Part shown: piece by piece, positions 39,201 through 54,200 of the stretch
How the letters are laid out: each line of letters begins with the position of its first letter
Numbering within the stretch: position 1 is the stretch's first letter
From: Pristiophorus japonicus
Lineage: Eukaryota
Length of the DNA stretch: 64,000 nt
Direction of reading: 5' to 3'
Assembly (NCBI RefSeq): GCF_044704955.1
Contig: NC_091998.1
Location: 35,650,001 to 35,714,000, forward strand
Translations under genes and position numbers: made by a program
The notes under the pieces: generated by a model
What the model was told of the DNA's origin: nothing
Seen by the model: only the letters and a program-made list of their open reading frames with translations
The model's database searches: none

Positions 39201-42200
39201 TGTCAGTTACAGGATCATTGTCAGTTGCAGGATCACTGTCTGTTACAGGATCATTGTCAGTTACAGATCACTCTCCATTACAGGATCATTGTCAGTTGCA
39301 GGATCACTGCCAGTTACAGAATCACTTTCCGTTACAGGATCATTGTTTGTTACAGAATGATTGTCTGTTGCAGGATGATTGTCCAGTACAGGATGATTGT
39401 CAGTTGCAGGATCATTGTCAGTTACAGGATCACTGTCAGTTATAGGATCATTGTCAGTTATAGGATCACTGTCCGTGTCAGGATCATTGTCCATTACAGG
39501 ATCACTGTCCGTTCCAGGATCATTGTCAGTTACAGGATCATTGTCAATTACAGGATCATTTTCAGTTACACGATCATTGTCCATTACAGGATCACTGTCA
39601 GTTACAGGATCATTGTCAGTTACAGGATCACTTTCCATTACAGGATCACTGTCAGTTGCAGGATCAGTGTCCATTACAGGATCACTATCCATTACAGGAT
39701 CATTGTCAGTTACAGGATCATTGTCAGTTACAGGATCACTGTCTGTTACAGGATCATTGTCAGTTACATGATCACTGTCCATTACAGGATCATTGTCAGT
39801 TGCAGGATCATTGTCAGTTACATGATCACTGTCTGTTACAGGATCATTGTCCGTTGCAGGATCATTGTCAGTTACAGGATCATTGTCCGTTCCAGGATCA
39901 TTGTCAGTTACAGGATCATTGTCAGTTACAGGATCACTGTCCGTGACAGGATCATTGTCCATTACAGGATCACTGTCTGTTCCAGGATCATTGTCAGTTA
40001 CAGGATCATTGTCAATTACAGGTTCATTTTCAGTTACAGGATCACTGTCAGTTGCAGGATCAGTGTCCATTACAGGATCACTATCCATTACAGGATCATT
40101 GTCAGTTACAGGATCATTGTCAGTTACAGGATCACTGTCTGTTACAGGATCATTGTCAGTTACATGATCACTGTCCATTACAGGATCATTGTCAGTTGCA
40201 GGATTATTGTCAGTTACATGATCACTGTCTGTTACAGGATCATTGTCCGTTGCAGGATCATTGTCAGTTACAGGATCATTGTCCGTTCCAGGATCATTGT
40301 CAGTTACAGGATCATTGTCAGTTACAGGATCACTGTCCGTGACAGGATCATTGTCCATTATAGGATCACTGTCCGTTACAGGATCACTGTCCATTACACG
40401 ATAAATTTCCCTGACAGGATTATTGTCAGTTACAGGATCACTGTCCGATACAGGATCATTGTCCGTTACAGGATCATTGTCAGTTACGGGATCGCTACCA
40501 GTTACAGGATCATTGTCAGTTAAAGGATCGTTGTCAGTTAGAGAATCATTTTCAGTTACTGAATCACTGTCCATTACATGATCATTGTCCATTACAGGAT
40601 CATTGTCCATTACGAGATCATTGTCCGTTACAGGATCATTGTCCATTACGAGATCATTGTCCGTTACAGGATCATTGTCAGTTGCAGGATCATTGTCAGT
40701 TACAGAATCACTTTCCGTTACAGGGTCATTGTCTGTTACAGGATGACTGTCAGTTACAGGATCATTGTCCATTACAGGATCATTGTCAGTTGCAGGATCA
40801 TTGTCAGTTTCAGGATCATTGTCCATTACAGGATCATTGTCAGTTTCAGGATCACTGCCAGTTACAGGATCATTGTCCGTTACAGGATCATTGTCAGTTG
40901 AAGGATCATTTTCAGTTACAGGATCACTGTCTGTTACAGGATCATTGTCCATTACAGGATCATTGTCCGAGACAGGTTCATTGTCCATTACAGGATCATT
41001 GTCCGTTACAAGATCATTGTCCGTTGCAGGATCATTGTCAGATACAGGATCATTGTCAATTCCAGGATCATTTTCAGTTGCAGGATCATTGTCAGTTACA
41101 GGATCGCTGTCTGTGACAGGATCATTGTCATTACAAGATCACTGTCCATTACAGGATCATTTTCTGTTTCAGTATGATTGTCAGTTACAGGATCATTGTC
41201 CATTACAGGATTATTGTCAGTTGCAGGATCATTGTCAGTTACAGGATCACTGTCAGTTATAGGATCATTGTCAGTTATCGGATCACTGTCAGTAACAAGA
41301 TCACTGTCAGTTACAGGATCATTGTCAGTTGCAGGATCATTGTCAGTTGCAGGATCACTGTCCGTGTTAGGATCATTGTCCGTTACAGGATCACTGTCCA
41401 TTACAGGATCATTGTCAATTGCAGGAACATTGTCAGTTGCAGGATCATTGTCTGTTGCAGGATCACTGTCAGTTACAGGATCATTGTCAGTTACAGGATC
41501 ACTGTCCGTTACAGGATCACTGTCAGTTGCAGGATCAGTGTCCCTTACAGTATCACTATCCATTACAGGATCATTGTCATTTACAGGATCATTGTCAGTT
41601 ACAGGATCACTGTCAGTTACAGGATCATTGTCATTTGCAGGATCACTGTCCATTACAGGATCACTGTCAGTTGCAGGATCATTGTCCGTTACAGGATCAC
41701 TGTCCATTACAGGATCAGTGTCAGTCACAGGATCTTTGTCAGTTGCAGGATCACTGTCTGTTACAGGATCATTGTCAGTTACAGATCACTGTCCGTTGCA
41801 GGATCATTGTCAGTTGCAGGATCATTTCCAGTTACAGAATCACTTTCCGTTACAGGATCATTGTTTGTTACAGAATGATTGTCTGTTGCAGGATGATTGT
41901 CCAGTACAGGATGATTGTCAGTTGCAGGATCATTGTCAGTTACAGGATCACTGTCAGTTATAGGATCATTGTCAGTTATAGGATCACTGTCCGTGTCAGG
42001 ATCATTGTCCATTACAGGATCACTGTCCGTTCCAGGATCATTGTCAGTTACAGGATCATTGTCAATTACATGATCATTTTCAGTTACACGATCATTGTCC
42101 ATTACAGGATCACTGTCAGTTACAGGATCATTGTCAGTTACAGGATCACTTTCCGTTACAGGATCACTGTCAGTGGCAGGATCAGTGTCCATTACAGGAT

Positions 42201-45200
42201 CACTATCCATTACAGGATCATTGTCAGTTACAGGATCATTGTCAGTTACAGGATCACTGTCTGTTACAGGATCATTGTCAATTACATGATCACTGTCCAT
42301 TACAGGATCATTGTCAGTTGCAGGATCATTGTCAGTTACATGATCACTGTCTGTTACAGGATCATTGTCAGTTACAGGATCATTGTCAGTTGCAGGATCA
42401 TTGTCAGTTACATGATCACTGTCTGTTACAGGATCATTGTCCGTTGCAGGATCATTGTCAGTTGCAGGATCATTGTCAGTTACAGGATCACTGTCCGTGA
42501 CAGGATCATTGTCCATTATAGGATCACTGTCCGTTACAGGATCACTGTCCATTACACGATAAATTTCCCTGACAGGATTATTGTCAGTTACACGATCACT
42601 GTACGATACAGGATCATTGTCCGTTACAGGATCATTGTCAGTTACGGGATCACTACCAGTTACAGGATCATTGTCAGTTACAGGATCGTTGTCAGTTAGA
42701 GAATCATTTTCAGTTGCTGAATCACTGTCCATTACATGATCATTGTCCATTACAGGATCATGTCCATTACGAGATCATTGTCCATTACAGGATCATTGTC
42801 AGTTGCAGGATCATTGTCAGTTACAGAATCACTTTCTGTTACAGGGTCATTGTCTGTTACAGGATGACTGTCAGTTACAGGATCATTGTCCATTACAGGA
42901 TCATTGTCAGTTGCAGGATCATTGTCAGTTTCAGGATCATTGTCCATTACAGGATCATTGTCAGTTTCAGGATCACTGCCAGTTACAGGATCACTGTCCG
43001 TTACAGGATCATTGTCAGTTGCAGGATCATTTTGAGTTACAGGATCACTGTCTGTTACAGCATCATTGTCCATTACAGGATCATTGTCCGTGACAGGTTC
43101 ATTGTCCATTACAGGATCATTGTCCGTTACAAGATCATTGTCCGTTGCAGGATCATTGTCAGATACAGGATCATTGTCAATTCCAGGATCATTTTCAGTT
43201 GCAGGATCATTGTCAGTTACAGGATCGCTGTCTGTGACAGGATCATTGTCATTACAAGATCACTGTCCATTACAGGATCATTTTCTGTTTCAGTATGATT
43301 GTCAGTTACAGGATCATTGTCCATTACAGGATTATTGTCAGTTGCAGGATCATTGTCAGTTACAGGATCACTGTCAGTTATAGGATCATTGTCAGTTATC
43401 GGATCACTGTCAGTAACAAGATCACTGTCAGTTACAGGATCATTGTCAGTTGCAGGATCATTGTCAGTTGCAGGATCACTGTCCGTGTTAGGATCATTGT
43501 CCGTTACAGGATCACTGTCCATTACAGGATCATTGTCAATTGCAGGAACATTGTCAGTTGCAGTCTCATTGTCTGTTGCAGGATCACTGTCAGTTACAGG
43601 ATCATTGTCAGTTACAGGATCACTGTCCGTTACAGGATCACTGTCAGTTGCAGGATCAGTGTCCCTTACAGTATCACTATCCATTACAGGATCATTGTCA
43701 TTTACAGGATCATTGTCAGTTACAGGATCACTGTCAGTTACAGGATCATTGTCATTTGCAGGATCACTGTCCATTACAGGATCACTGTCAGTTGCAGGAT
43801 CATTGTCCGTTACAGGATCACTGTCCATTACAGGATCATTGTCAGTTACAGGATCATTGTCAGTTGCAGGATCACTGTCTGTTACAGGATCATTGTCAGT
43901 TACAGATCACTGTCCGTTGCAGGATCATTGTCAGTTGCAGGATCACTGCCAGTTACAGAATCACTTTCCGTTACAGGATCATTGTTTGTTACAGAATGAT
44001 TGTCTGTTGCAGGATGATTGTCCAGTACAGGATGATTGTCAGTTGCAGGATCATTGTCAGTTACAGGATCACTGTCAGTTATAGGATCATTGTCAGTTAT
44101 AGGATCACTGTCCGTGTCAGGATCATTGTCCATTACAGGATCACTGTCCGTTCCAGGATCATTGTCAGTTACAGGATCATTGTCAATTATATGATCATTT
44201 CAGTTACACGATCATTGTCCATTACAGGATCACTGTCAGTTACAGGATCATTGTCAGTTACAGGATCACTTTCCGTTACAGGATCACTGTCAGTTGCAGC
44301 ATCAGTGTCCATTACAGGATCACTATCCATTACAGGATCATTGTCAGTTACAGGATCACTGTCTGTTACAGGATCATTGTCAGTTACATGATCACTGTCC
44401 ATTACAGGATCATTGTCAGTTGCAGGATCATTGTCAGTTACATGATCACTGTCTGTTACAGGATCATTGTCCGTTGCAGGATCATTGTCAGTTACAGGAT
44501 CATTGTCCGTTCCAGGATCATTGTCAGTTACAGGATCATTGTCAGTTACAGGATCACTGTCCGTGACAGGATCATTGTCCATTATAGGATCACTGTCCGT
44601 TACAGGATCACTGTCCGTTACAGGATCACTGTCCATTACACGATAAATTTCCCTGACAGGATCATTGTCAGTTACAGGATCACTGTCCGATACAGGATCA
44701 TTGTCCGTTACAGGATCATTGTCAGTTACGGGATCACTACCAGTTACAGGATCATTGTCAGTTACAGGATCGTTGTCAGTTAGAGAATCATTTTCAGTTA
44801 CTGAATCACTGTCCATTACATGATCATTGTCCATTACAGGATCATTGTCCATTACGAGATCATTGTCCATTACAGGATCATTGTCAGTTGCAGGATCATT
44901 GTCAGTTACAGAATCACTTTCTGTTACAGGATCATTGTCTGTTACAGGATGACTGTCAGTTACAGGATCATTGTCCATTACAGGATCATTGTCAGTTGCA
45001 GGATCATTGTCAGTTTCAGGATCATTGTCCATTACAGGATCATTGTCAGTTTCAGGATCACTGCCAGTTACAGGATCATTGTCCGTTACAGGATCATTGT
45101 CAGTTGCAGGATCATTTTCAGTTACAGGATCACTGTCTGTTACAGGATCATTGTCCATTACAGGATCATTGTCCGTGACAGGTTCATTGTCCATTACAGG

Positions 45201-48200
45201 ATCATTGTCCGTTGCAAGATCATTGTCCGTTGCAGGATCATTGTCAGATACAGGATCATTGTCAATTCCAGGATCATTTTCAGTTGCAGGATCATTGTCA
45301 GTTACAGGATCACTGTCTGTGACAGGATCATTGTCCGTTATAGGATCACTGTCCGTTACAGGATCACTGTCCATTACAGGATGAATTACCATGACAGGAT
45401 CATTGTCAGTTACAGGATCATTGTCAGTTACAGGATCATTGTCATTACAAGATCACTGTCCATTACAGGATCATTTTCTGTTTCAGTATGATTGTCAGTT
45501 ACAGGATCATTGTCCAGTACAGGATGATTGTCAGTTGCAGGATCATTGTCAGTTACAGGATCACTGTCAGTAATAGGATCATTGTCAGTTATAGGATCAC
45601 TGTCCGTGTCAGGATCATTGTCCATTACAGGATCACTGTCTGTTCCAGGATCATTTTCAGTTACAGGATCATTGTCAATTACAGGATCATTTTCAGTTAC
45701 ACGATCATTGTCCATTACAGGATCACTGTCAGTTACAGGATCATTGTCAGTTACAGGATCACTTTCCGTTACAGGATCACTGTCAGTTGCAGGATCAGTG
45801 TCCATTACAGGATCACTATCCATTACAGGATCATTGTCAGTTACAGGATCATTGTCAGTTACAGGATCACTGTCTGTTACAGGATCATTGTCAGTTACAT
45901 GATCACTGTCCATTACAGGATCATTGTCAGTTGCAGGATCATTGTCAGTTACATGATCACTGTCTGTTACAGGATCATTGTCCGTTGCAGGATCATTGTC
46001 AGTTACAGGATCATTGTCCGTTCCAGGATCATTGTCAGTTACAGGATCATTGTCAGTTACAGGATCACTGTCCGTGACAGGATCATTGTCCATTATAGGA
46101 TCACTGTCCATTACAGGATCACTGTCCATTACACGATAAATTTCCCTGACGGGATTATTGTCAGTTACAGGATCACTGTACGATACAGGATCATTGTCCG
46201 TTACAGGATCATTGTCAGTTACGGGATCACTACCAGTTACAGGATCATTGTCAGTTACAGGATCGTTGTCAGTTAGAGAATCATTTTCAGTTACTGAATC
46301 ACTGTCTATTACATGATCATTGTCCATTCCAGGATCATTGTCCATTACGAGATCATTGTCCGTTACAGGATCATTGTCAGTTGCAGGATCATTGTCAGTT
46401 ACAGAATCATTTTCCGTTACAGGGTCATTGTCTGTTACAGGATGACTGTCAGTTACAGGATCATTGTCCATTACAGGATCATTGTCAGTTGCAGGATCAT
46501 TGTCAGTTTCAGGATCATTGTCCATTACAGGATCATTGTCAGTTTCAGGATCACTGCCAGTTACAGGATCACTGTCCGTTACAGGATCATTGTCAGTTGC
46601 AGGATCATTTTCAGTTACAGGATCACTGTCTGTTACAGGATCATTGTCCATTACAGGATCATTGTCCGAGACAGGTTCATTGTCCATTACAGGATCATTG
46701 TCCGTTACAAGATCATTGTCCGTTGCAGGATCATTGTCAGATACAGGATCATTGTCAATTCCAGGATCATTTTCAGTTGCAGGATCATTGTCAGTTACAG
46801 GATCGCTGTCTGTGACAGGATCATTGTCATTACAAGATCACTGTCCGTGTTAGGATCATTTTCTGTTTCAGTATGATTGTCAGTTACAGGATCATTGTCC
46901 ATTACAGGATTATTGTCAGTTGCAGGATCATTGTCAGTTACAGGATCACTGTCAGTTATAGGATCATTGTCAGTTATAGGATCACTGTCAGTAACAAGAT
47001 CACTGTCAGTTACAGGATCATTGTCAGTTGCAGGATCATTGTCAGTTGCAGGATCACTGTCCGTGTTAGGATCATTGTCCGTTACAGGATCACTGTCCAT
47101 TACAGGATCATTGTCAATTGCAGGAACATTGTCAGTTGCAGGATCATTGTCTGTTGCAGGATCACTGTCAGTTAAGGATCATTGTCAGTTACAGGATCAC
47201 TGTCCGTTACAGGATCACTGTCAGTTGCAGGATCAGTGTCCCTTACAGTATCACTATCCATTACAGGATCATTGTCATTTACAGGATCATTGTCAGTTAC
47301 AGGATCACTGTCAGTTACAGGATCATTGTCATTTGCAGGATCACTGTCCATTACAGGATCACTGTCAGTTGCAGGATCATTGTCCGTTACAGGATCACTG
47401 TCCATTACAGGATCAGTGTCAGTCACAGGATCTTTGTCAGTTGCAGGATCACTGTCTGTTACAGGATCATTGTCAGTTACAGATCACTGTCCGTTGCAGG
47501 ATCATTGTCAGTTGCAGGATCATTGCCAGTTACAGAATCACTTTCCGTTACAGGATCATTGTTTGTTACAGAATGATTGTCTGTTGCAGGATGATTGTCC
47601 AGTACAGGATGATTGTCAGTTGCAGGATCATTGTCAGTTACAGGATCACTGTCAGTTATAGGATCATTGTCAGTTATAGGATCACTGTCCGTGTCAGGAT
47701 CATTGTCCATTACAGGATCACTGTCCGTTCCAGGATCATTGTCAGTTACAGGATCATTGTCAATTACATGATCATTTTCAGTTACACGATCATTGTCCAT
47801 TACAGGATCACTGTCAGTTACAGGATCATTGTCAGTTACAGGATCACTTTCCGTTACAGGATCACTGTCAGTGGCAGGATCAGTGTCCATTACAGGATCA
47901 CTATCCATTACAGGATCATTGTCAGTTACAGGATCATTGTCAGTTACAGGATCACTGTCTGTTACAGGATCATTGTCAGTTACATGATCACTGTCCATTA
48001 CAGGATCATTGTCAGTTGCAGGATCATTGTCAGTTACATGATCACTGTCTGTTACAGGATCATTGTCAGTTACAGGATCATTGTCAGTTGCAGGATCACT
48101 GTCTGTTACAGGATCATTGTCAGTTACAGATCACTGTCCGTTACAGGATCATTGTCAGTTGCAGGATCACTGCCAGTTACAGAATCGCTTTCCGTTACAG

Positions 48201-51200
48201 GATCATTGTTTGTTACAGAATGATTGTCTGTTGCAGGATGATTGTCCAGTACAGGATGATTGTCAGTTGCAGGATCATTGTCAGTTACAGGATCACTGTC
48301 AGTTATAGGATCATTGTCCATTACAGGATCACTGTCCGTTCCAGGATCATTGTCAGTTACAGGATCATTGTCAATTACAGGATCATTTTCAGTTACACGA
48401 TCATTGTCCATTACAGGATCACTGTCAGTTACAGGATCATTGTCAGTTACAGGATCACTTTCCGTTACAGGATCACTGTCAGTTGCAGGATCAGTGTCCA
48501 TTACAGGATCACTATCCATTACAGGATCATTGTCAGTTACAGGATCATTGTCAGTTACAGGATCACTGTCTGTTACAGGATCATTGTCAGTTACATGATC
48601 ACTGTCCATTACAGGATCATTGTCAGTTGCAGGATCATTGTCAGTTACATGATCACTGTCTGTTACAGGATCATTGTCAATTACAGGATCATTGTCAGTT
48701 ACAGGATCACTGTCCGTGACAGGATCATTGTCCATTATAGGATCACTGTCCGTTACAGGATCACTGTCCATTACACGATAAATTTCCCTGACAGGATTAT
48801 TGTCAGTTACAGGATCACTGTACGATACAGGATCATTGTCCGTTACAGGATCATTGTCAGTTACGGGATCACTACCAGTTACAGGATCATTGTCAGTTAC
48901 AGGATCGTTGTCAGTTAGAGAATCATTTTCAGTTACTGAATCACTGTCCATTACATGATCATTGTCCATTACAGGATCATTGTCCATTACGAGATCATTG
49001 TCCGTTACAGGATCATTGTCAGTTGCAGGATCATTGTCAGTTACAGAATCATTTTCCGTTACAGGGTCATTGTCTGTTACAGGATGACTGTCAGTTACAG
49101 GATCATTGTCCATTACAGGATCATTGTCAGTTGCAGGATCATTGTCAGTTTCAGGATCATTGTCCATTACAGGATCATTGTCAGTTTCAGGATCACTGCC
49201 AGTTACAGGATCCCTGTCCGTTACAGGATCATTGTCAGTTGCAGGATCATTTTGAGTTACAGGATCACTGTCTGTTACAGGATCATTGTCCATTACAGGA
49301 TCATTGTCCGTGACAGGTTCATTGTCCATTACAGGATCATTGTCCGTTACAAGATCATTGTCCGTTGCAGGATCATTGTCAGATACAGGATCATTGTCAA
49401 TTCCAGGATCATTTTCAGTTGCAGGATCATTGTCAGTTACAGGATCGCTGTCTGTGACAGGATCATTGTCATTACAAGATCACTGTCCATTACAGGATCA
49501 TTTTCTGTTTCAGTATGATTGTCAGTTACAGGATCATTGTCCATTACAGGATTATTGTCAGTTGCAGGATCATTGTCAGTTACAGGATCACTGTCAGTTA
49601 TAGGATCATTGTCAGTTATCGGATCACTGTCAGTAACAAGATCACTGTCAGTTACAGGATCATTGTCAGTTGCAGGATCATTGTCAGTTGCAGGATCACT
49701 GTCCGTGTTAGGATCATTGTCCGTTACAGGATCACTGTCCATTACAGGATCATTGTCAATTGCAGGAACATTGTCAGTTGCAGTCTCATTGTCTGTTGCA
49801 GGATCACTGTCAGTTACAGGATCATTGTCAGTTACAGGATCACTGTCCGTTACAGGATCACTGTCAGTTGCAGGATCAGTGTCCCTTACAGTATCACTAT
49901 CCATTACAGGATCATTGTCATTTACAGGATCATTGTCAGTTACAGGATCACTGTCAGTTACAGGATCATTGTCATTTGCAGGATCACTGTCCATTACAGG
50001 ATCACTGTCAGTTGCAGGATCATTGTCCGTTACAGGATCACTGTCCATTACAGGATCATTGTCAGTTACAGGATCATTGTCAGTTGCAGGATCACTGTCT
50101 GTTACAGGATCATTGTCAGTTACAGATCACTGTCCGTTGCAGGATCATTGTCAGTTGCAGGATCACTGCCAGTTACAGAATCACTTTCCGTTACAGGATC
50201 ATTGTTTGTTACAGAATGATTGTCTGTTGCAGGATGATTGTCCAGTACAGGATGATTGTCAGTTGCAGGATCATTGTCAGTTACAGGATCACTGTCAGTT
50301 ATAGGATCATTGTCAGTTATAGGATCACTGTCCGTGTCAGGATCATTGTCCATTACAGGATCACTGTCCGTTCCAGGATCATTGTCAGTTACAGGATCAT
50401 TGTCAATTATATGATCATTTCAGTTACACGATCATTGTCCATTACAGGATCACTGTCAGTTACAGGATCATTGTCAGTTACAGGATCACTTTCCGTTACA
50501 GGATCACTGTCAGTTGCAGCATCAGTGTCCATTACAGGATCACTATCCATTACAGGATCATTGTCAGTTACAGGATCACTGTCTGTTACAGGATCATTGT
50601 CAGTTACATGATCACTGTCCATTACAGGATCATTGTCAGTTGCATGATCATTGTCAGTTACATGATCACTGTCTGTTACAGGATCATTGTCAGTTACAGG
50701 ATCATTGTCCGTTCCAGGATCATTGTCAGTTACAGGATCATTGTCAGTTACAGGATCACTGTCCGTGACAGGATCATTGTCCATTATAGGATCACTGTCC
50801 GTTACAGGATCACTGTCCGTTACAGGATCACTGTCCATTACACGATAAATTTCCCTGACAGGATCATTGTCAGTTACAGGATCACTGTCCGATACAGGAT
50901 CATTGTCCGTTACAGGATCATTGTCAGTTACGGGATCACTACCAGTTACAGGATCATTGTCAGTTACAGGATCGTTGTCAGTTAGAGAATCATTTTCAGT
51001 TACTGAATCACTGTCCATTACATGATCATTGTCCATTACAGGATCATGTCCATTACGAGATCATTGTCCATTACAGGATCATTGTCAGTTGCAGGATCAT
51101 TGTCAGTTACAGAATCACTTTCTGTTACAGGGTCATTGTCTGTTACAGGATGACTGTCAGTTACAGGATCATTGTCCATTACAGGATCATTGTCAGTTGC

Positions 51201-54200
51201 AGGATCATTGTCAGTTTCAGGATCATTGTCCATTACAGGATCATTGTCAGTTTCAGGATCACTGCCAGTTACAGGATCATTGTCCGTTACAGGATCATTG
51301 TCAGTTGCAGGATCATTTTCAGTTACAGGATCACTGTCTGTTACAGGATCATTGTCCATTACAGGATCATTGTCCGTGACAGGTTCATTGTCCATTACAG
51401 GATCATTGTCCGTTACAAGATCATTGTCCGTTGCAGGATCATTGTCAGATACAGGATCATTGTCAATTCCAGGATCATTTTCAGTTGCAGGATCATTGTC
51501 AGTTACAGGATCACTGTCTGTGACAGGATCATTGTCCGTTATAGGATCACTGTCCGTTACAGGATCACTGTCAGTTACAGGATCACTGTCCGTTGCAGGA
51601 TCATTGTCCATTGCAGGATCATTGTCAGTGAGAGGATCACTGTCGGTTACAGCATTACTGTCCATTACAGGATCATTGTCAGTTACAGGATCATTGTCAG
51701 TTACAGGTTCACTGTCCACTACAGGATCATTGTCAGTTGCAGGATCATTGTCAGTTACAGGATCACTGTCTGTTACAGGATCATTTTCCGTTACAGGATC
51801 ATTGTCCGTTACATGATCATTGTCAGTTACAGGATTACTGTCCGTTGCAGGATCATTGTCCATTGCAGGATCATTGTCAGTGAGAGGATCACTGTCGGTT
51901 ACAGCATTACTGTCCATTACAGGATCATTGTCAGTTACAAGATGATTGTCCGTTATAGGATCATTGTCCGTTACAGGATAATTGTCAGTTACAGGATCAC
52001 TGTCCATTATAGGATCATTGTCAGTTCCAGATCACGGTCAGTTACCGGATCATTGTCCGATACAGGATCATTTTCAGTTACAGGATCATTTTCCATCACA
52101 TGATCACTATCAGTTACAGGATCACTGTCCATTTCACGATCACTGTCTGTTACAGGATCATTGTCTGTAACAGGATCATTGTCCGTTAAAGGATCATTGT
52201 CAGTTACAGGATCATTGTCCATTACAGGATCATTGTCCATAAAAGGATCACTGTCCGTTACAGGATCACTGTCTGTTACAGGATGAATTTTCGTTGCAGG
52301 ATCATTGTCAGTTGCAGGATCACTGTCCGTTAAAGGATCATTGTCTGTTGCAGGATCATTGTCAGTTACAGGATCACTGTCCGTTACAGGATCATTGTCA
52401 GTTGCAGGATCATTGTCAGTTACAGGATCATTGTCAGTTACAGGATCACTGTCCGTTACAGGATCATTGTCTGTTAAAAGAGTCATGTTCAGTTACAAGA
52501 TATTTGTCCGTTACAGGATCATTGTCAGTTACAGAATCATTGTCAGTCACAGGATCACTGTCAGTTACAGGATCACTGTCCGTTACAGGATCATTGTCTG
52601 TTAAAAGAGTCATGTTCAGTTACAAGATATTTGTCCGTTACAGGATCATTGTCAGTTACAGGATCATTGTCAGTTACATGATCACTGTCCGTTACAGGAT
52701 CCTTGTGAGTTACAGGATCATTGACAGTTACAGGATCATTGTCAGTTACAGGATCACTGTCAGTTACAGGATCACTGTCAGTTACAGGATCATTTTCAGT
52801 TACAGGATCATTGCCAGTTGAAGGATTACTGTCCGTTACAGGATCATTGTCAGTTACAGGATCATTGTCCTTTTCAGGATCATTGTCCTTTGCTGGATCA
52901 TTGTCAGTTACAAGATTATTGTCAGTTACAGGTACACTGTCCTTTACAGGATCCTTGTGAGTTACAGGATCATTGACAGTTACAGGATCATTGTCTTTTA
53001 CAGGATCATTGTCAGTTGCAGGATAACTGTCAGTTGCAGGATCACTGTCAGTTACAGGATCACTGTCGGTTACAGGATCATTGTCATTTACAGGATCACT
53101 GTCCGTTACGGGATCATTGTCAGTTGCAGGATCATTGAAAGTTACCCGATCATTCTCAGTCACAGGATCATTGTCCATTAAAGGATCATTGTCAGTTACA
53201 GGATCATTGTCAGTTACAGGATCATTGGTAAATTACATGTTCACTGTCTGTTACAGGATCACTGTCTGTTACAGGATAAATTTCCGTTACAGGATCAATG
53301 TCAGTTACAGGATCACTGTCCGTTAAAGGATCATTGTCTGTTGCAGGATCACTGTCAGTTACAGGATCATTGTCCAGTTCAGGATCATTTTCAGTTACAG
53401 GTTCACTGTCGGTTACAGGATCATTGTCCGTTACAGGATCATTGTCCATTATAGGATCACTGTCCGTTACAGGATCACTGTCCATTACCGGATGAATTTC
53501 CCTGACAGGATCATTGTCAGTTACAGGATCACTGTCCGATACAGGATCATTGTCCGTTACAGGATCACTGCCAGTTACAGGATCATTGTCAGTTACAGGA
53601 TCATTGTCAGTTACAGGATCACTGTCTGTTACAGGATCATTGTCAGTTACAGATCACTGTCCATTACAGGATCATTGTCAGTTGCAGGATCATTGTCAGT
53701 TACAGAATCACTTTCCATTACAGGATCATTGTCTGTTACAGAATGATTGTCAGTTGCAGGATCATTGTCCATTACACGATGATTGTCAGTTGCAGGATCA
53801 TTGTCAGTTACAGGATCACTGTCAGTTATAGGATCATTGTCAGTTATAGGATCACTGTCCATGTCAGGATCATTCTCCATGACAGTATCACTGTCCGTTC
53901 CAGGATTATTGTCAGTTGCAGGATCATTGTCAATTACAGGATCAATGTCAGTTGCAGGATCATTGTCCATTACAGGATCACTGTCAGTTACAGGATCATT
54001 GTCAGTTGCAGGATCACTTTCCGTTGCAGGATCACTGTCAGTTGCAGGATCAGTGTCCATTACAGGATCACTATCCATTGCAAGATCATTGTCAATTACA
54101 GAATCATTGTCAGTTACAGGATCATTGTCCGATACAGAATCTCTGTCCGTTACATCATCATTGTCTGTTACAGGATGATTGTCAGTTACAGGATCATTGT

